DNA of 62,486 nt, the filler included, from Acidimicrobiia bacterium (GTDB lineage Bacteria; Actinomycetota; Acidimicrobiia; Spongiisociales; JAHEDJ01), in NCBI GenBank assembly GCA_029210695.1. It is 2 parts of 2 records of this genome, joined end to end, with 100 filler letters (N's around TTAATTAATTAA, not from the genome) between each part and the next. Parts side by side here need not be neighbours in the genome. Positions count along the whole stretch, not along the records: positions 31,396 to 62,486 come from JARGFH010000047.1; 1 more part is not named here. One strand, written 5' to 3'. The notes under the pieces were generated by a model. It saw nothing but the letters and a program-made list of their open reading frames with translations. It ran no database searches and was not told where the DNA came from. The translations under genes and the position numbers were made by a program. Below are positions 46,430-56,182 of this stretch, one piece after another (the first letter of the stretch is position 1; the number at the start of each line of letters is the position of its first letter).

Positions 46430-48015
46430 CCGCCGCCAGGCGGCACGTTCTGGGATGATGACGGCACCACCCATGAAGGGATGATCGAAGCCATCGCCGC
46501 CGTCGGGGTCACGGCAGGTGTGATGCGGCCCAACCCGGCCGGTATTGCCCGTCGGCGGCGGTGACGAGGGGTCAGATGGCGTCGTTCATCGCCCGGGCGT
46601 TCGGACTACCCCCGGCCGCTGCCGACTACTTCTCAGACGACCGCGGATCGGTGCACGAGGACAACATCAACCGCCTGTACGAGGCCGGCGTGACGGCAGG
46701 GTTCCCGGATGGCACCTACCGCCCGGCCGCAACGGTCACTCGGGCTCAGATGGGCTCGTTTCTGGCACGTGCGATTCCGCTCGCTCCGATCCCCGGCGAT
46801 GTTTTCACCGACGTCGACGGAGTGCATGAGGCCAACATCAACGCCATCGCGGCGGCCGGCATAACGCTCGGCTGCAACCCCGACGGCACGTTGTATTGCC
46901 CTACGGATCCTGTCCGGCGCGACCAGATGGCGTCATTTCTCGGACGGGCGTTGGGGTTCACTCCGGTCGCGGTCGCACCGTTTCAGCTCGGCGTCGAGAT
47001 CGTTGCGTCCGGCTTCGACGCTCCCACCTTCGTCACCTCGCCGCCCGGCGATTCGAGATTGTTCGTGACGGAACTGAGCGGACGAATCTGGATCATTGAT
47101 GGGGGAGTGAAGCCGGCCGAGCCGTTCCTCGATCTTCGATCGATAGTGGAATCGGGAGGGGAGCAGGGACTCCTCGGCCTCGCCTTCCACCCCGACTTTG
47201 CCACCAACGGCTACTTCTATGTCGATTACACCGACACCGCCGGGGACAGTCGCCTCGTTCGATACCAGATCAGCGCCGATCCCAAGCTGGCGGCGCCCGG
47301 CACCCGACTTGAACTCCTGCGGGTCGAGCAACCGGCCACCAACCACAACGGCGGCATGCTGGCTTTCGGGCCCGACGGATTTCTCTACTGGGGTCTCGGG
47401 GACGGAGGAGGAGGCGGGGATCCTCATGAAAACGGCCAGGATCCGACGACATTGCTTGGCTCGATCCTCCGTCTCGATGTCGACGGACCGGCCCCCTACG
47501 GGGCGCCCGGCAACGCCTGGGGATCTGAGGTCTGGGCAATCGGCCTCCGTAATCCGTGGCGATTCTCGTTCGACAGCCGGACCGGGCTCCTCTACATCGG
47601 AGACGTCGGCCAGGGCAGCTGGGAAGAGGTCGACGTCGTAGATCCGGGCGGTTCGGCCATGAATTTCGGTTGGAACGTTCTCGAGGGCAGCCACTGTTAC
47701 AAACCGGCGGTTGGCTGCTCGGCGACGGGGGCCATCCTGCCCGTCGTCGAGTATCCGCACACCGTCGGGGTCTCGGTGACCGGCGGCTACGTGCACCGGG
47801 ATGCCGGCCTTCCCTATCTCAACGGCGCCTACCTCTACGGGGATCTGCTCGGCAAAGTGTGGAGCTTCCGGATGGTCGACGGTTCGGTGATGGACGAGCG
47901 GGACTGGACGCCCGGCCTGCCGGGTCTCGGCACCATCTGGTCGTTCGGCCACGACGGCGACGGCCGGGTGTATGTCGTGTCGGGCGGCGGGACGATCTAC
48001 CGCTTGACCGGATAA
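46430..48015 (+). pseudogene. SLH x3 + PQQ-dependent sugar (glucose/sorbosone) dehydrogenase; frameshifted at about 46518, no start or signal peptide found
   Basis: GEQGLLG, NHNGG, GLGDGG, GLRNPWR and DVGQ..EE. The first SLH repeat is split over two frames; 46561-48015 is open. Confidence 0.7.
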
Positions 48016-48076
48016 CCGCTCGACTCGCCGGCCGCCACCTGCACGAGTCATCCCGGCCCATCGATCTATCCTCCCT

Positions 48077-51013
48077 GTGGTGCACACTGAACCTCCAGCA
48101 TCCACCGGTCCGGCTGGCGCTTTCTGGACGGACATCGACGTTCCGGAACCCGGTGACTGGACGCCGACCCGCACGGTCAGCGTTGTCATCACCTACTACC
48201 AGGCACCAGATGCGCTCGACATTACGCTGGCCGCCATCGGGCAGCAGACCTATCCGCAGGCGCTCACCGAGATAGTGATCGTGGACGACGGCTCCGAGCC
48301 TCCCCTGGCGGAGGTACGGTTGCCCGGCGACCTGCCGGTGAAGGTGGTCCATCAGGATGATCGGGGTTTCGGCCTGGCGAGAGCGCGTAACACTGGTGCG
48401 GCGGCTGCCTCGGGAGACATCGTCGTGTTCCTCGACTGCGACATGGTCCCGGAGCCTTCCTGGCTCGAAGCCCATGCCCGCTGGCACCATCACATTCCTG
48501 ATGCCCTCAGCCTGGGGTTCCGGCGACATGCCGACTTCGCTGGGATCCAAGCGGCCGCCGTCGAGGAGGCAGCCAGCCGGGGCGACGTTGGGGTGTTATT
48601 TGAAGGAAGGCAGCAGGAACGGCCGGAGTGGATCGAGTTCCACATGAGCCGGACCAGAGATCTCACCACAGGCGACGACGACCTGTTTCGGATCGTGACG
48701 GGCGGAAATCTCGGAATCCGGGCGGACACGTTGGCGGCGATCGGCGGCTACGACGAATCGTTCACCCAGTGGGGTGCTGAAGACACGGAGTTTGGATACC
48801 GGGCGTTCACATTCGGGGCGCAGCTGATACCTGAGCGCCGGGCCCTGTGCTGGCATCAGGGTCTGGGGAACGTCCCGGATTCAGGCGAGGCGGCTTCGCT
48901 CGAGGAGCAGCGCGCCAAGATCGCCCACCTGATCGCCGAACCCACTTTTCGCAGATGGACACCGGGCCGGTCGTACCTGGTTCCCTACGCAGTCGTCGAA
49001 ATCGACGCATCCGGCGCTTCGGCGAAGGAAATCGAACGCTGTGTCGAGGGTGTGCTGGCCAACCGGTTCCACGACCTTGTCGTGCTGCTCTCCGTTCCGG
49101 ACGATCATCCTGAAGCGACGCTGATTCTCCGTAAGTTCGACGGCGATCCGCGGGTTGTCTCCGCATCCGGCGACACACTCCAGGTTGCGCCGGTCCGAAT
49201 CGAGCTGCCGGTCGGCGTCGTCATGGGGGACCGCTCCATCGGGCGCATCGTTCAGTTGCTCAAGGGGGTCGGCGAGTTGCACATACCCGTTCCAGGCGTC
49301 GGATCTGTGGTGGCCGGGAAGACCAGGGCGCGGCGGTCGGCGGAGCGGTGCGCTGATCCGGGTTTGATCGCCAGGAGATATGGATCGGCAACGGCGTCGT
49401 GGCGCGACGTCGGATTGCGAGGTGGCACGACACGTGGACGCTTTTCCAGGTTCGCAACCCGGTTCCGCGACAACAGCGCAGCCGGCAAGGTACTCAGGAG
49501 GCTCCGCAGCGTGAGGTCGAAAGAAGACGCCGGCGCCCTCCTGCGTTGGATATCGGCCGGAATCCGGCACCGGCTGACACGCGACAGGTTTGCCGCCGAC
49601 CGCCGCTCCGTCTCGCACGGTGATGACCGACCTCCAACCACCGAACGATTGGGAGGATGGATCAATGGCTACCGCGTCGTGACGACCGGTGTTTCGATTC
49701 TCCCCAACGCGGCCGCCCTTCAAGGCGGGGATCTGCCGCCGGGACGGGTCGATCTCGTGCTGACCGATGAAGAACCCGCCGACCGCCTCACATCATCGGC
49801 AGACGAAGCGGGCGCGGCAATCGTGAGGGTTGCCGGTCCGATGATGGTCCCGGCCTTCGATGAACGTCTCGTGAACCCGGTCGGGTTCGGCCCCGTAACC
49901 TCTTCGCAGTTCGGCGCGCTCCGCTCCAACGACTCTGCCGTTGGTCGATGGCTGGAGAGATTCGACGGCGACAAGGTGGATCTGGACCGGACACCTGGGT
50001 CACCGGACGGCGCCGATCGCCGGGTTCGACGGTTGCGGTTTGTTGCCGATCACCCGGCCATGCATCCGAGTCAGGTCTCACGGGCGGCGTACCTCGCTGC
50101 ACGCTGCGGGGCAGGAGTCCCGGTCGTGGCGGCGGATCTTGCAGAACTCGACGGCCTGGTCGAGCCCGCGCTGCTGGTGGCGCTCGAGTCGGTTGTCCCC
50201 GAGCGCCTGGTAGACCCGGTCTATCGCGAACTCGCCTCTATCGGTCTGCGACGTGCTGCGTTACAAGAGCACTCGCAGTCGGCGACCCTCCGGCGCCTCC
50301 TCGCTCTGGCCGGGAGGATTGTCGAACCTCCCCTGGTTTCTGTAGTTCTGGCCACCAACCGGGCGGAGTTCGTTGCCCATTCCCTGGACCAGATCGGTGA
50401 GCAGGACTACCCGTGGCTCGAAGTCATCCTGGCGCTCCATGGGGCCGTGAGCGGCGAGGCGGTCGACCGGGCGGGTGAGAGGGTCTCGAAGCTGCTTCAA
50501 CTCCCGGCCGAGATGCCATTCGGTGAGGTGCTGAACGCGGCCACCGGGGCGGCGACGGGAGACCTCGTCGCCAAGATGGACGATGACGACTGGTACGGAT
50601 CCCATCACATCACCGATCTCGTTCTTGCTCGGGAATACTCCGGGGCCACCCTCATTGGAAAGGGCGCTGAGTTCGTGTACCTCGCCGGTTCCAACCAGAC
50701 GATCAGGCGATTCGTTGGCGGGGCCGAGTCGAGCAGCGCCACCCTGGCCGGCGGGTGTCTGCTCCTGCGTCGGACCGACCTCATCGATGTCGGTTCGTGG
50801 CGATCCGTCAGGAAGAGCGTCGACCAGGGTCTGATCGAGGACGTGCTGAGAGGCGGTGGATCCATCTACCGCACCCACGGGTTCGAGTACGTGCTCAACC
50901 GCCACGGCACCAATCACACATGGGACTCGGGCGATCGGTACTTCTCAGACCAGGCCGAGAACTCCTGGGATGGTCTCCGGTTGGATGTTGCGGGGATCTA
51001 CCCGGCAGGCTGA
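48077..51013 (+). CDS. Multidomain glycosyltransferase (GT2 domains at both ends)
   Basis: VDDGS, ARARN, FLDCD and WGAEDTEF; C-terminal KMDDDDWY. Confidence 0.88.
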   Translation: MVHTEPPASTGPAGAFWTDIDVPEPGDWTPTRTVSVVITYYQAPDALDITLAAIGQQTYPQALTEIVIVDDGSEPPLAEVRLPGDLPVKVVHQDDRGFGLARARNTGAAAASGDIVVFLDCDMVPEPSWLEAHARWHHHIPDALSLGFRRHADFAGIQAAAVEEAASRGDVGVLFEGRQQERPEWIEFHMSRTRDLTTGDDDLFRIVTGGNLGIRADTLAAIGGYDESFTQWGAEDTEFGYRAFTFGAQLIPERRALCWHQGLGNVPDSGEAASLEEQRAKIAHLIAEPTFRRWTPGRSYLVPYAVVEIDASGASAKEIERCVEGVLANRFHDLVVLLSVPDDHPEATLILRKFDGDPRVVSASGDTLQVAPVRIELPVGVVMGDRSIGRIVQLLKGVGELHIPVPGVGSVVAGKTRARRSAERCADPGLIARRYGSATASWRDVGLRGGTTRGRFSRFATRFRDNSAAGKVLRRLRSVRSKEDAGALLRWISAGIRHRLTRDRFAADRRSVSHGDDRPPTTERLGGWINGYRVVTTGVSILPNAAALQGGDLPPGRVDLVLTDEEPADRLTSSADEAGAAIVRVAGPMMVPAFDERLVNPVGFGPVTSSQFGALRSNDSAVGRWLERFDGDKVDLDRTPGSPDGADRRVRRLRFVADHPAMHPSQVSRAAYLAARCGAGVPVVAADLAELDGLVEPALLVALESVVPERLVDPVYRELASIGLRRAALQEHSQSATLRRLLALAGRIVEPPLVSVVLATNRAEFVAHSLDQIGEQDYPWLEVILALHGAVSGEAVDRAGERVSKLLQLPAEMPFGEVLNAATGAATGDLVAKMDDDDWYGSHHITDLVLAREYSGATLIGKGAEFVYLAGSNQTIRRFVGGAESSSATLAGGCLLLRRTDLIDVGSWRSVRKSVDQGLIEDVLRGGGSIYRTHGFEYVLNRHGTNHTWDSGDRYFSDQAENSWDGLRLDVAGIYPAG

Positions 51014-52092
51014 GCTTCCGCCCAGACGATTGCCCGGGCGAGGAAACTGGCCATCTGTGCGCGGGTGACGAAGTCATCCGGACAGAATGATCCCTCCGTC
51101 GCACAACCGGCAGTGATCCCGGCCGCCGCCAGAGCATCGATCGCCGCCTCGTGCGTCGACCCGTCGTCGTCGGCGAACCCGTCGAGGTCGGTGGCGGGAA
51201 CTGCGAACGCACGGACCAGGAAGCTCGCCATCTGACCGCGCGTCACGAAGTCGTCCGGACAGAACGATCCATCTGCGCATCCACTCGTTACACCCGCGGC
51301 CGCGATTGCATTGATGGCATTCTGAAACGGGCTGTCGTCATCGTCGGTGAACCAGTCCTCCGGACCATCCGGGAGGTCCAGGGCTCGTTGGATGAAGGCG
51401 GCCATGTGCTCACGCACAACCGGATCAGACGGGCAGTATTGGCCGGGAGAGCATCCCAGTGTGATCCCTCGCTCGAAGATGAAGATGATGTTGCCCTCAT
51501 GGGCAGAGCCATCGTCGTCCCAGAACGGCGGGAGGAAGTCGGCGGCGAGCGGGTCTGCGATCGGGGTGGCTGCCATCAGGTGTGGATAAGGGTTCACTTT
51601 CGTGCCGTCGGGTTGCTGCAATTCGAAATGGAGGTGTGGACAGTCGCATGCTTCTGCGTTGCCGGAATCACCCACCCATCCGATCAGCTGACCGGCCCGG
51701 ACACGGGCGCCGGATTCGATGCCGTCGGCAAAGCCGAAACCCAGGCCGTCATCGGTTCTCGGAGTGTCGTTGTTCAGGTGTACATACCAACTGGTCCAGC
51801 CGTCGTCATGGTTGAGCGCCATGGAGCAGCAGCCGTCTCCGACCGTATCGTGAATCCACCCGACCGTTCCGTCGGCGGCCGCCACGATCGGGACCATCTT
51901 GGTCGACATGATGTCGACTCCTTCGTGGGTCCGATCGCCGGACCTCGGCGCCCCCCACGAATCCGTGTAGGAGTACTCACCGACGACCGGGAAGATCAGT
52001 GGATAGGTTGCTTCTTCCTGGGCGGCGACCGGTGCGGTCAGACCCGTGGTGGCCAGCGCAAGCGCGATGATCACAAGCAGGTTCCGTCTCAT
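50998..52092 (-). CDS. Secreted M23 metallopeptidase with three SLH-like repeats
   Basis: Signal peptide; HEGVD and HLHFE Zn motifs; three GC..(F/Y)CP repeats. Confidence 0.9.
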   Translation of the reverse strand: MRRNLLVIIALALATTGLTAPVAAQEEATYPLIFPVVGEYSYTDSWGAPRSGDRTHEGVDIMSTKMVPIVAAADGTVGWIHDTVGDGCCSMALNHDDGWTSWYVHLNNDTPRTDDGLGFGFADGIESGARVRAGQLIGWVGDSGNAEACDCPHLHFELQQPDGTKVNPYPHLMAATPIADPLAADFLPPFWDDDGSAHEGNIIFIFERGITLGCSPGQYCPSDPVVREHMAAFIQRALDLPDGPEDWFTDDDDSPFQNAINAIAAAGVTSGCADGSFCPDDFVTRGQMASFLVRAFAVPATDLDGFADDDGSTHEAAIDALAAAGITAGCATEGSFCPDDFVTRAQMASFLARAIVWAEAQPAG

Positions 52093-52099
52093 CCGTTAG

Positions 52100-52126
52100 C
52101 TATCGGGTCGTCGATCAGAAACTTGA
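52100..52126 (-). promoter_or_regulatory. FliA/WhiG (sigma-28)-like promoter
   Basis: TCAA-N15-CCCGATAG ending 7 nt before the M23 ATG. Confidence 0.45.
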
Positions 52127-52133
52127 ACCCGGC

Positions 52134-54053
52134 TCAGTGCTCGGCACGGTAGAGCAGTGCGGCCATCTGGCCCCGCGCAATCGGTTGGCGCGGGCAGAAC
52201 TCGGTGATGATGCAGCCCCGGGTGATACCGGACTCGGCCAGGCGGTTGATGTTGTCCTGGTGGGGGCCGCCGTCGTCGGTGAACCAGTCTTTGGTGGCGG
52301 GTGGTAGGTCGAGGGCGCGGGCCAGGAAGCTGGCCATCTGTCCACGGGTGACGGATGCGAGCGGACAAAACCCGGTCGCCGAACAGCCGAGGGTGATGCC
52401 GCGCGCCGACAGCCAGATGATCTCCGATTCGAACGGGTTGGTGTCGTCGTCGTCGAAGTCGATTCCGGCGACGATCTCGATCGCCGCTTGCTCTGCGATG
52501 TCCCCTCCGCGAGCGGTGAGAGCAACGTCGTAGATTCCGGTCGCCGAATAGGTGTGCCCCACATCTCGTCCCGAGCCGATGGTGCCGTCGCCAAAAGCCC
52601 AGTCGTATGACGCGATCTCACCAAACCGATCGCACCTACTCGTCGCGCTCAGAGCCACCGTGAACGGGATGCCGCCGAGGGCGGGCATGGCGATAGCAGA
52701 GGATCCGAGTGAGGTTGGGGTCGCCCGGACGGCGCGATCTGCATTCAAGCGACCGCCGGAAACGGTTCTGCCGGCCAGAGAGCCGACCGGGTCGGTGCCG
52801 GCGAGCAGCACGTTTCGGAGTTCCCCGGGTGTGAGGCATGGGTTGATGGATAGGACCAGGGCCGCGGCACCGCTCACGAAGGGGGCGGCGAATGAGGTGC
52901 CATCGCCGAGGAGGTGGTCGTCGACGGGATCAAACCAGAGGGGAACCGTCGAGAGGATTCCTTCACCGGGTGCCCCAAGGTCGACCGAGGTGGATCCGAA
53001 GTGCGAGAACGATGAGAGGGTATCTGTGTGGTCCGTTGCCGCCACCGCCACGACGGAGTCGAAAGGGAAGCTGGCCGGGTAGACGGGCGCAATGTCGTTG
53101 TCTCTTTCAGGAAGCTCCGGCACATTTCCGGAGGCCGCAACTACCAGCAAACCTGCCTCCCCGGCCAGGCGGACCGCCTCTTCGAGGGCGATGTTTCCAA
53201 AGGCACCCGTGGCGCCGAAGGAGAGGTTGGCGACCCGGGCGCCGTTGCTAACCGCGTAGTCCAGTCCGGCGATTGTGTCGGAATCGAAGCACGACGTCGA
53301 ACAAACCCGCACCGACATCAGGCGGCTGTTGGGAGCGAGGCCGGCCATTCCATATCCATTGACGGCTGCCCCGATGATCCCTGCCACGAACGTACCGTGA
53401 TAGGAACCGTCGTCAGGATTATTGTCGTCAGGATTATTGTCGTCGGAGACGAAGTCCCACCCCCAGGTATCGTCGACGTAGCCGTTGCCATCATCGTCGA
53501 TGCCGTTGCCGGGCGTCTCGCCGCCGTTATTCCAGAGTTGAGTGGAAAGATCGGGATGGTTGGCGTCAATCCCGGTATCGAGGACGGCCACGATGGCACC
53601 GCGGCCCTCCGTCACCGACCATGCTTCGAGAGCGTCGACGTCGGCGTCGATCATCCCGCCGGATTGACCCGTGTTGAGCAATCCCCATTGATCCACGAAG
53701 AGGGGCTCGAGCTCTCCGCCACTCAGCGGTCGTGCGATATTCGGAACCGCCGGGACCCCGAGTTGTCTGGTCAGGCGGGCGGCCTCGCCGGACGGTGATC
53801 CCGGTGCCACACTGCGGACGAGGCTCCAACCGAACCCCACCTCCCGGATGACCTCGAGTCCCTCCCGCCTCAGGGCTGCCCGGGTGCCCTTCACCAGAAA
53901 CTCGTGCTCGACGGCGAGTACTCCATCGTCCGTCGCCCGCGTCGGAACCAGCGCAGGTTCCGACGGTGTCCGCGCAGCCGCAGGGTCGACGGGAACCAGG
54001 AGCGACACAGTCAGCAGGACGGTCAGCGCGGCGAGGAGAGAGCGGTAGATCAT
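52134..54053 (-). CDS. Secreted S8 (subtilisin) protease + PKD + two SLH-like repeats
   Basis: LDTG, HGT and GTSFAAP triad; WAFGDG PKD motif; signal peptide from MIYRSLL. Confidence 0.92.
   Translation of the reverse strand: MIYRSLLAALTVLLTVSLLVPVDPAAARTPSEPALVPTRATDDGVLAVEHEFLVKGTRAALRREGLEVIREVGFGWSLVRSVAPGSPSGEAARLTRQLGVPAVPNIARPLSGGELEPLFVDQWGLLNTGQSGGMIDADVDALEAWSVTEGRGAIVAVLDTGIDANHPDLSTQLWNNGGETPGNGIDDDGNGYVDDTWGWDFVSDDNNPDDNNPDDGSYHGTFVAGIIGAAVNGYGMAGLAPNSRLMSVRVCSTSCFDSDTIAGLDYAVSNGARVANLSFGATGAFGNIALEEAVRLAGEAGLLVVAASGNVPELPERDNDIAPVYPASFPFDSVVAVAATDHTDTLSSFSHFGSTSVDLGAPGEGILSTVPLWFDPVDDHLLGDGTSFAAPFVSGAAALVLSINPCLTPGELRNVLLAGTDPVGSLAGRTVSGGRLNADRAVRATPTSLGSSAIAMPALGGIPFTVALSATSRCDRFGEIASYDWAFGDGTIGSGRDVGHTYSATGIYDVALTARGGDIAEQAAIEIVAGIDFDDDDTNPFESEIIWLSARGITLGCSATGFCPLASVTRGQMASFLARALDLPPATKDWFTDDGGPHQDNINRLAESGITRGCIITEFCPRQPIARGQMAALLYRAEH
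53409..53444. repeat. Perfect 15-bp in-frame tandem duplication
   Basis: (GTCGTCAGGATTATT) x2 + GTCGTC, encoding DDNNPDDNNPDD. Confidence 0.9.
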
Positions 54054-54199
54054 GGGCGAGGGTCGATGGTACCGCGGTAGCACTGGTATTCTCCTGTCGT
54101 TGGTACCGGGGCCGGGCACGATCCAGGAATGAATGCAAAGGGCGGCGGGCTGATTGCAGCATCCGGTCTTGCTCCGAGAGGTACGATCCACAGACCCCC

Positions 54200-56182
54200 A
54201 TGCGAACTCGATTCTCACTTCCCGGCCTCCTCACCAGGCGCCGCCTTCTATGGATCGCCGTCCTGGCGATCGGTATCGTGGCGGCCTCACAGGTTCAAGT
54301 GCGGGCCGTACCGCCGCCCCCGGTACCATGGTCGGCCGCCCTTTCGTTCGTGTTGCTCGACGGCCCGACGTGGGAATCTGACCGGCTGCCGGCTGAGATC
54401 ACCACGGCCGGCCTCTCGTGGATGGGGGATGCTCCCGAGGCGGCCTGGGTGCGTGGGAGCGTGGACGGAACCACATGGTCCGACTGGATGTCAATCGACC
54501 TGGCCGAAGACCATCAACCCGATCCCGGCACCTCCGAGGCGATTCATCAGCGACCGGCATCGGGTCCCGTCTACCTTGGTCGGGTTTCGTTCGTCCAATA
54601 CCGGGTCGTCGACGACGATCCCGGCAGGCTCCATGCAGAGGGGGTCGAGACGGCCGGGCGCGGCATGTCGCTGTTCGGCCGGGCTCAGCTGTTCTGGCGC
54701 AGCCTTTCCTTCGGAACGGCGGACACAGCCGAAGCGGTAGCGGATCAGCCGACGATCATTCCCCGCTCCGCCTGGGGGGCGGATAGTTGCCTGCCCGACC
54801 ATCCCGAAGCTCCCGAATACGGCAACCACCTCGAGGTGATGTTCGTGCATCACACGTACCACGCCGGGTCTGCCAGCAACTCGTATACAGAAGCCTCGGT
54901 CAAGGACCTCATCTACTCGATCTGCTCCTACCACGTCAACGCCCGGGGCTGGAAAGATATCGGATACAACTTCCTCATCGACAAGTTCGGCAATATCTAT
55001 GAAGGACGGGCCGGCGGAATCGACGAGGTGGTGTGGGCAGCGCACACCGAAGGCTTCAACTACTACTCGACGGGTGTCGCCTTCATCGGCGACCACAGCA
55101 CTGTCGCTCCGACCGCCGCCGCCCAGGCGGCGTTCAAAGAGTTGGCGGCCTGGAAACTCGACCTCCACCATGTCGACCCCATCGGAAACGTGCTGATCGA
55201 GAGCCTGGGTGGACCCGTCTACGCCGAGGGTGAGATCGCCAACCTCACGCGGATCTCGGGCCACCGTGACGCCGCAATGACCTCCTGCCCCGGTTGGGCC
55301 GGCTACTCGCTGCTCGGCGGCCTCAGAAGTGCCATCGATCAGTACGGGGGAGCGAAGATCTACGGCGGCTGGATTCTGAACGACCCTGTACCCGGATTTC
55401 CCGAAACGGGCTATGACCCGGTTGCCTTCAATCTTCGATTCACCCGGGCGACTGCGTGGACGCTCGAGATCGCCGACGCCGGCGGAGTAGTTGTGTACTC
55501 GACAAGCGGCACGGGAACCACTGCGCAAGTGGAATGGAATACGACTGTTGGAGGTGAGGCAGCACCCACCGGGCGGTATTCCGTGTCGGTGGTCGGGACG
55601 GTCGAAGGGGAAACCGACCCGTGGCCCGTCCTGGACTCGTTGCAGCTTGGAGACTTCGTGTTGCCATTTTCCGACGACGAGGACCTGGTTCATGAGGAGA
55701 ACATCATTGCCATTGCCGGAGCCGGCATCACGATGGGATGCGCAGACCACCTGTATTGTCCGGCTGCCAAAGTGACCAGGGGGCAGATGGCGTCGTTCCT
55801 CGCCAGGGCGCTCGACCTTCCTCTGTCTTCATTCGACCATTTCGCCGACGACGACAACTCGGGTCACGAAGGCGCCATCAACGCACTCGCCGACGCCGGT
55901 ATCACGATGGGATGCCGCGCCGGCCTCTTCTGCCCGGACAATGAGGTTACGCGCGGGCAAATGGCCTCATTTCTCAGCCGTTCGCTGCCGGGATTGGCAC
56001 CGGCCGCGCAGGACTACTTCGATGACGATGGATCCCACCCCGCCGAATCAGACATCAACGTGATCGCCGAGGCCGGGATCACACGGGGCTGTGGAGAACG
56101 AGCGTTCTGCCCGTGGAGTCCCGTGACGCGAGCGCAGATGGCGTCCTTTCTGGCCAGAGCGTTTCTGGGGGCGGGGTCATGA
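54200..56182 (+). CDS. N-acetylmuramoyl-L-alanine amidase (Amidase_2/PGRP-like) + Ig-like domain + three SLH-like repeats
   Basis: VHHT, GWKDIGYNF, IYEGR, GHRD and TSCPG. Confidence 0.9.
   Translation: MRTRFSLPGLLTRRRLLWIAVLAIGIVAASQVQVRAVPPPPVPWSAALSFVLLDGPTWESDRLPAEITTAGLSWMGDAPEAAWVRGSVDGTTWSDWMSIDLAEDHQPDPGTSEAIHQRPASGPVYLGRVSFVQYRVVDDDPGRLHAEGVETAGRGMSLFGRAQLFWRSLSFGTADTAEAVADQPTIIPRSAWGADSCLPDHPEAPEYGNHLEVMFVHHTYHAGSASNSYTEASVKDLIYSICSYHVNARGWKDIGYNFLIDKFGNIYEGRAGGIDEVVWAAHTEGFNYYSTGVAFIGDHSTVAPTAAAQAAFKELAAWKLDLHHVDPIGNVLIESLGGPVYAEGEIANLTRISGHRDAAMTSCPGWAGYSLLGGLRSAIDQYGGAKIYGGWILNDPVPGFPETGYDPVAFNLRFTRATAWTLEIADAGGVVVYSTSGTGTTAQVEWNTTVGGEAAPTGRYSVSVVGTVEGETDPWPVLDSLQLGDFVLPFSDDEDLVHEENIIAIAGAGITMGCADHLYCPAAKVTRGQMASFLARALDLPLSSFDHFADDDNSGHEGAINALADAGITMGCRAGLFCPDNEVTRGQMASFLSRSLPGLAPAAQDYFDDDGSHPAESDINVIAEAGITRGCGERAFCPWSPVTRAQMASFLARAFLGAGS

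Noticed and set aside
46345..46430. c-di-AMP or c-di-GMP riboswitch upstream of the SLH dehydrogenase
   Set aside because: Consensus motifs are not recognisable; only one short stem.
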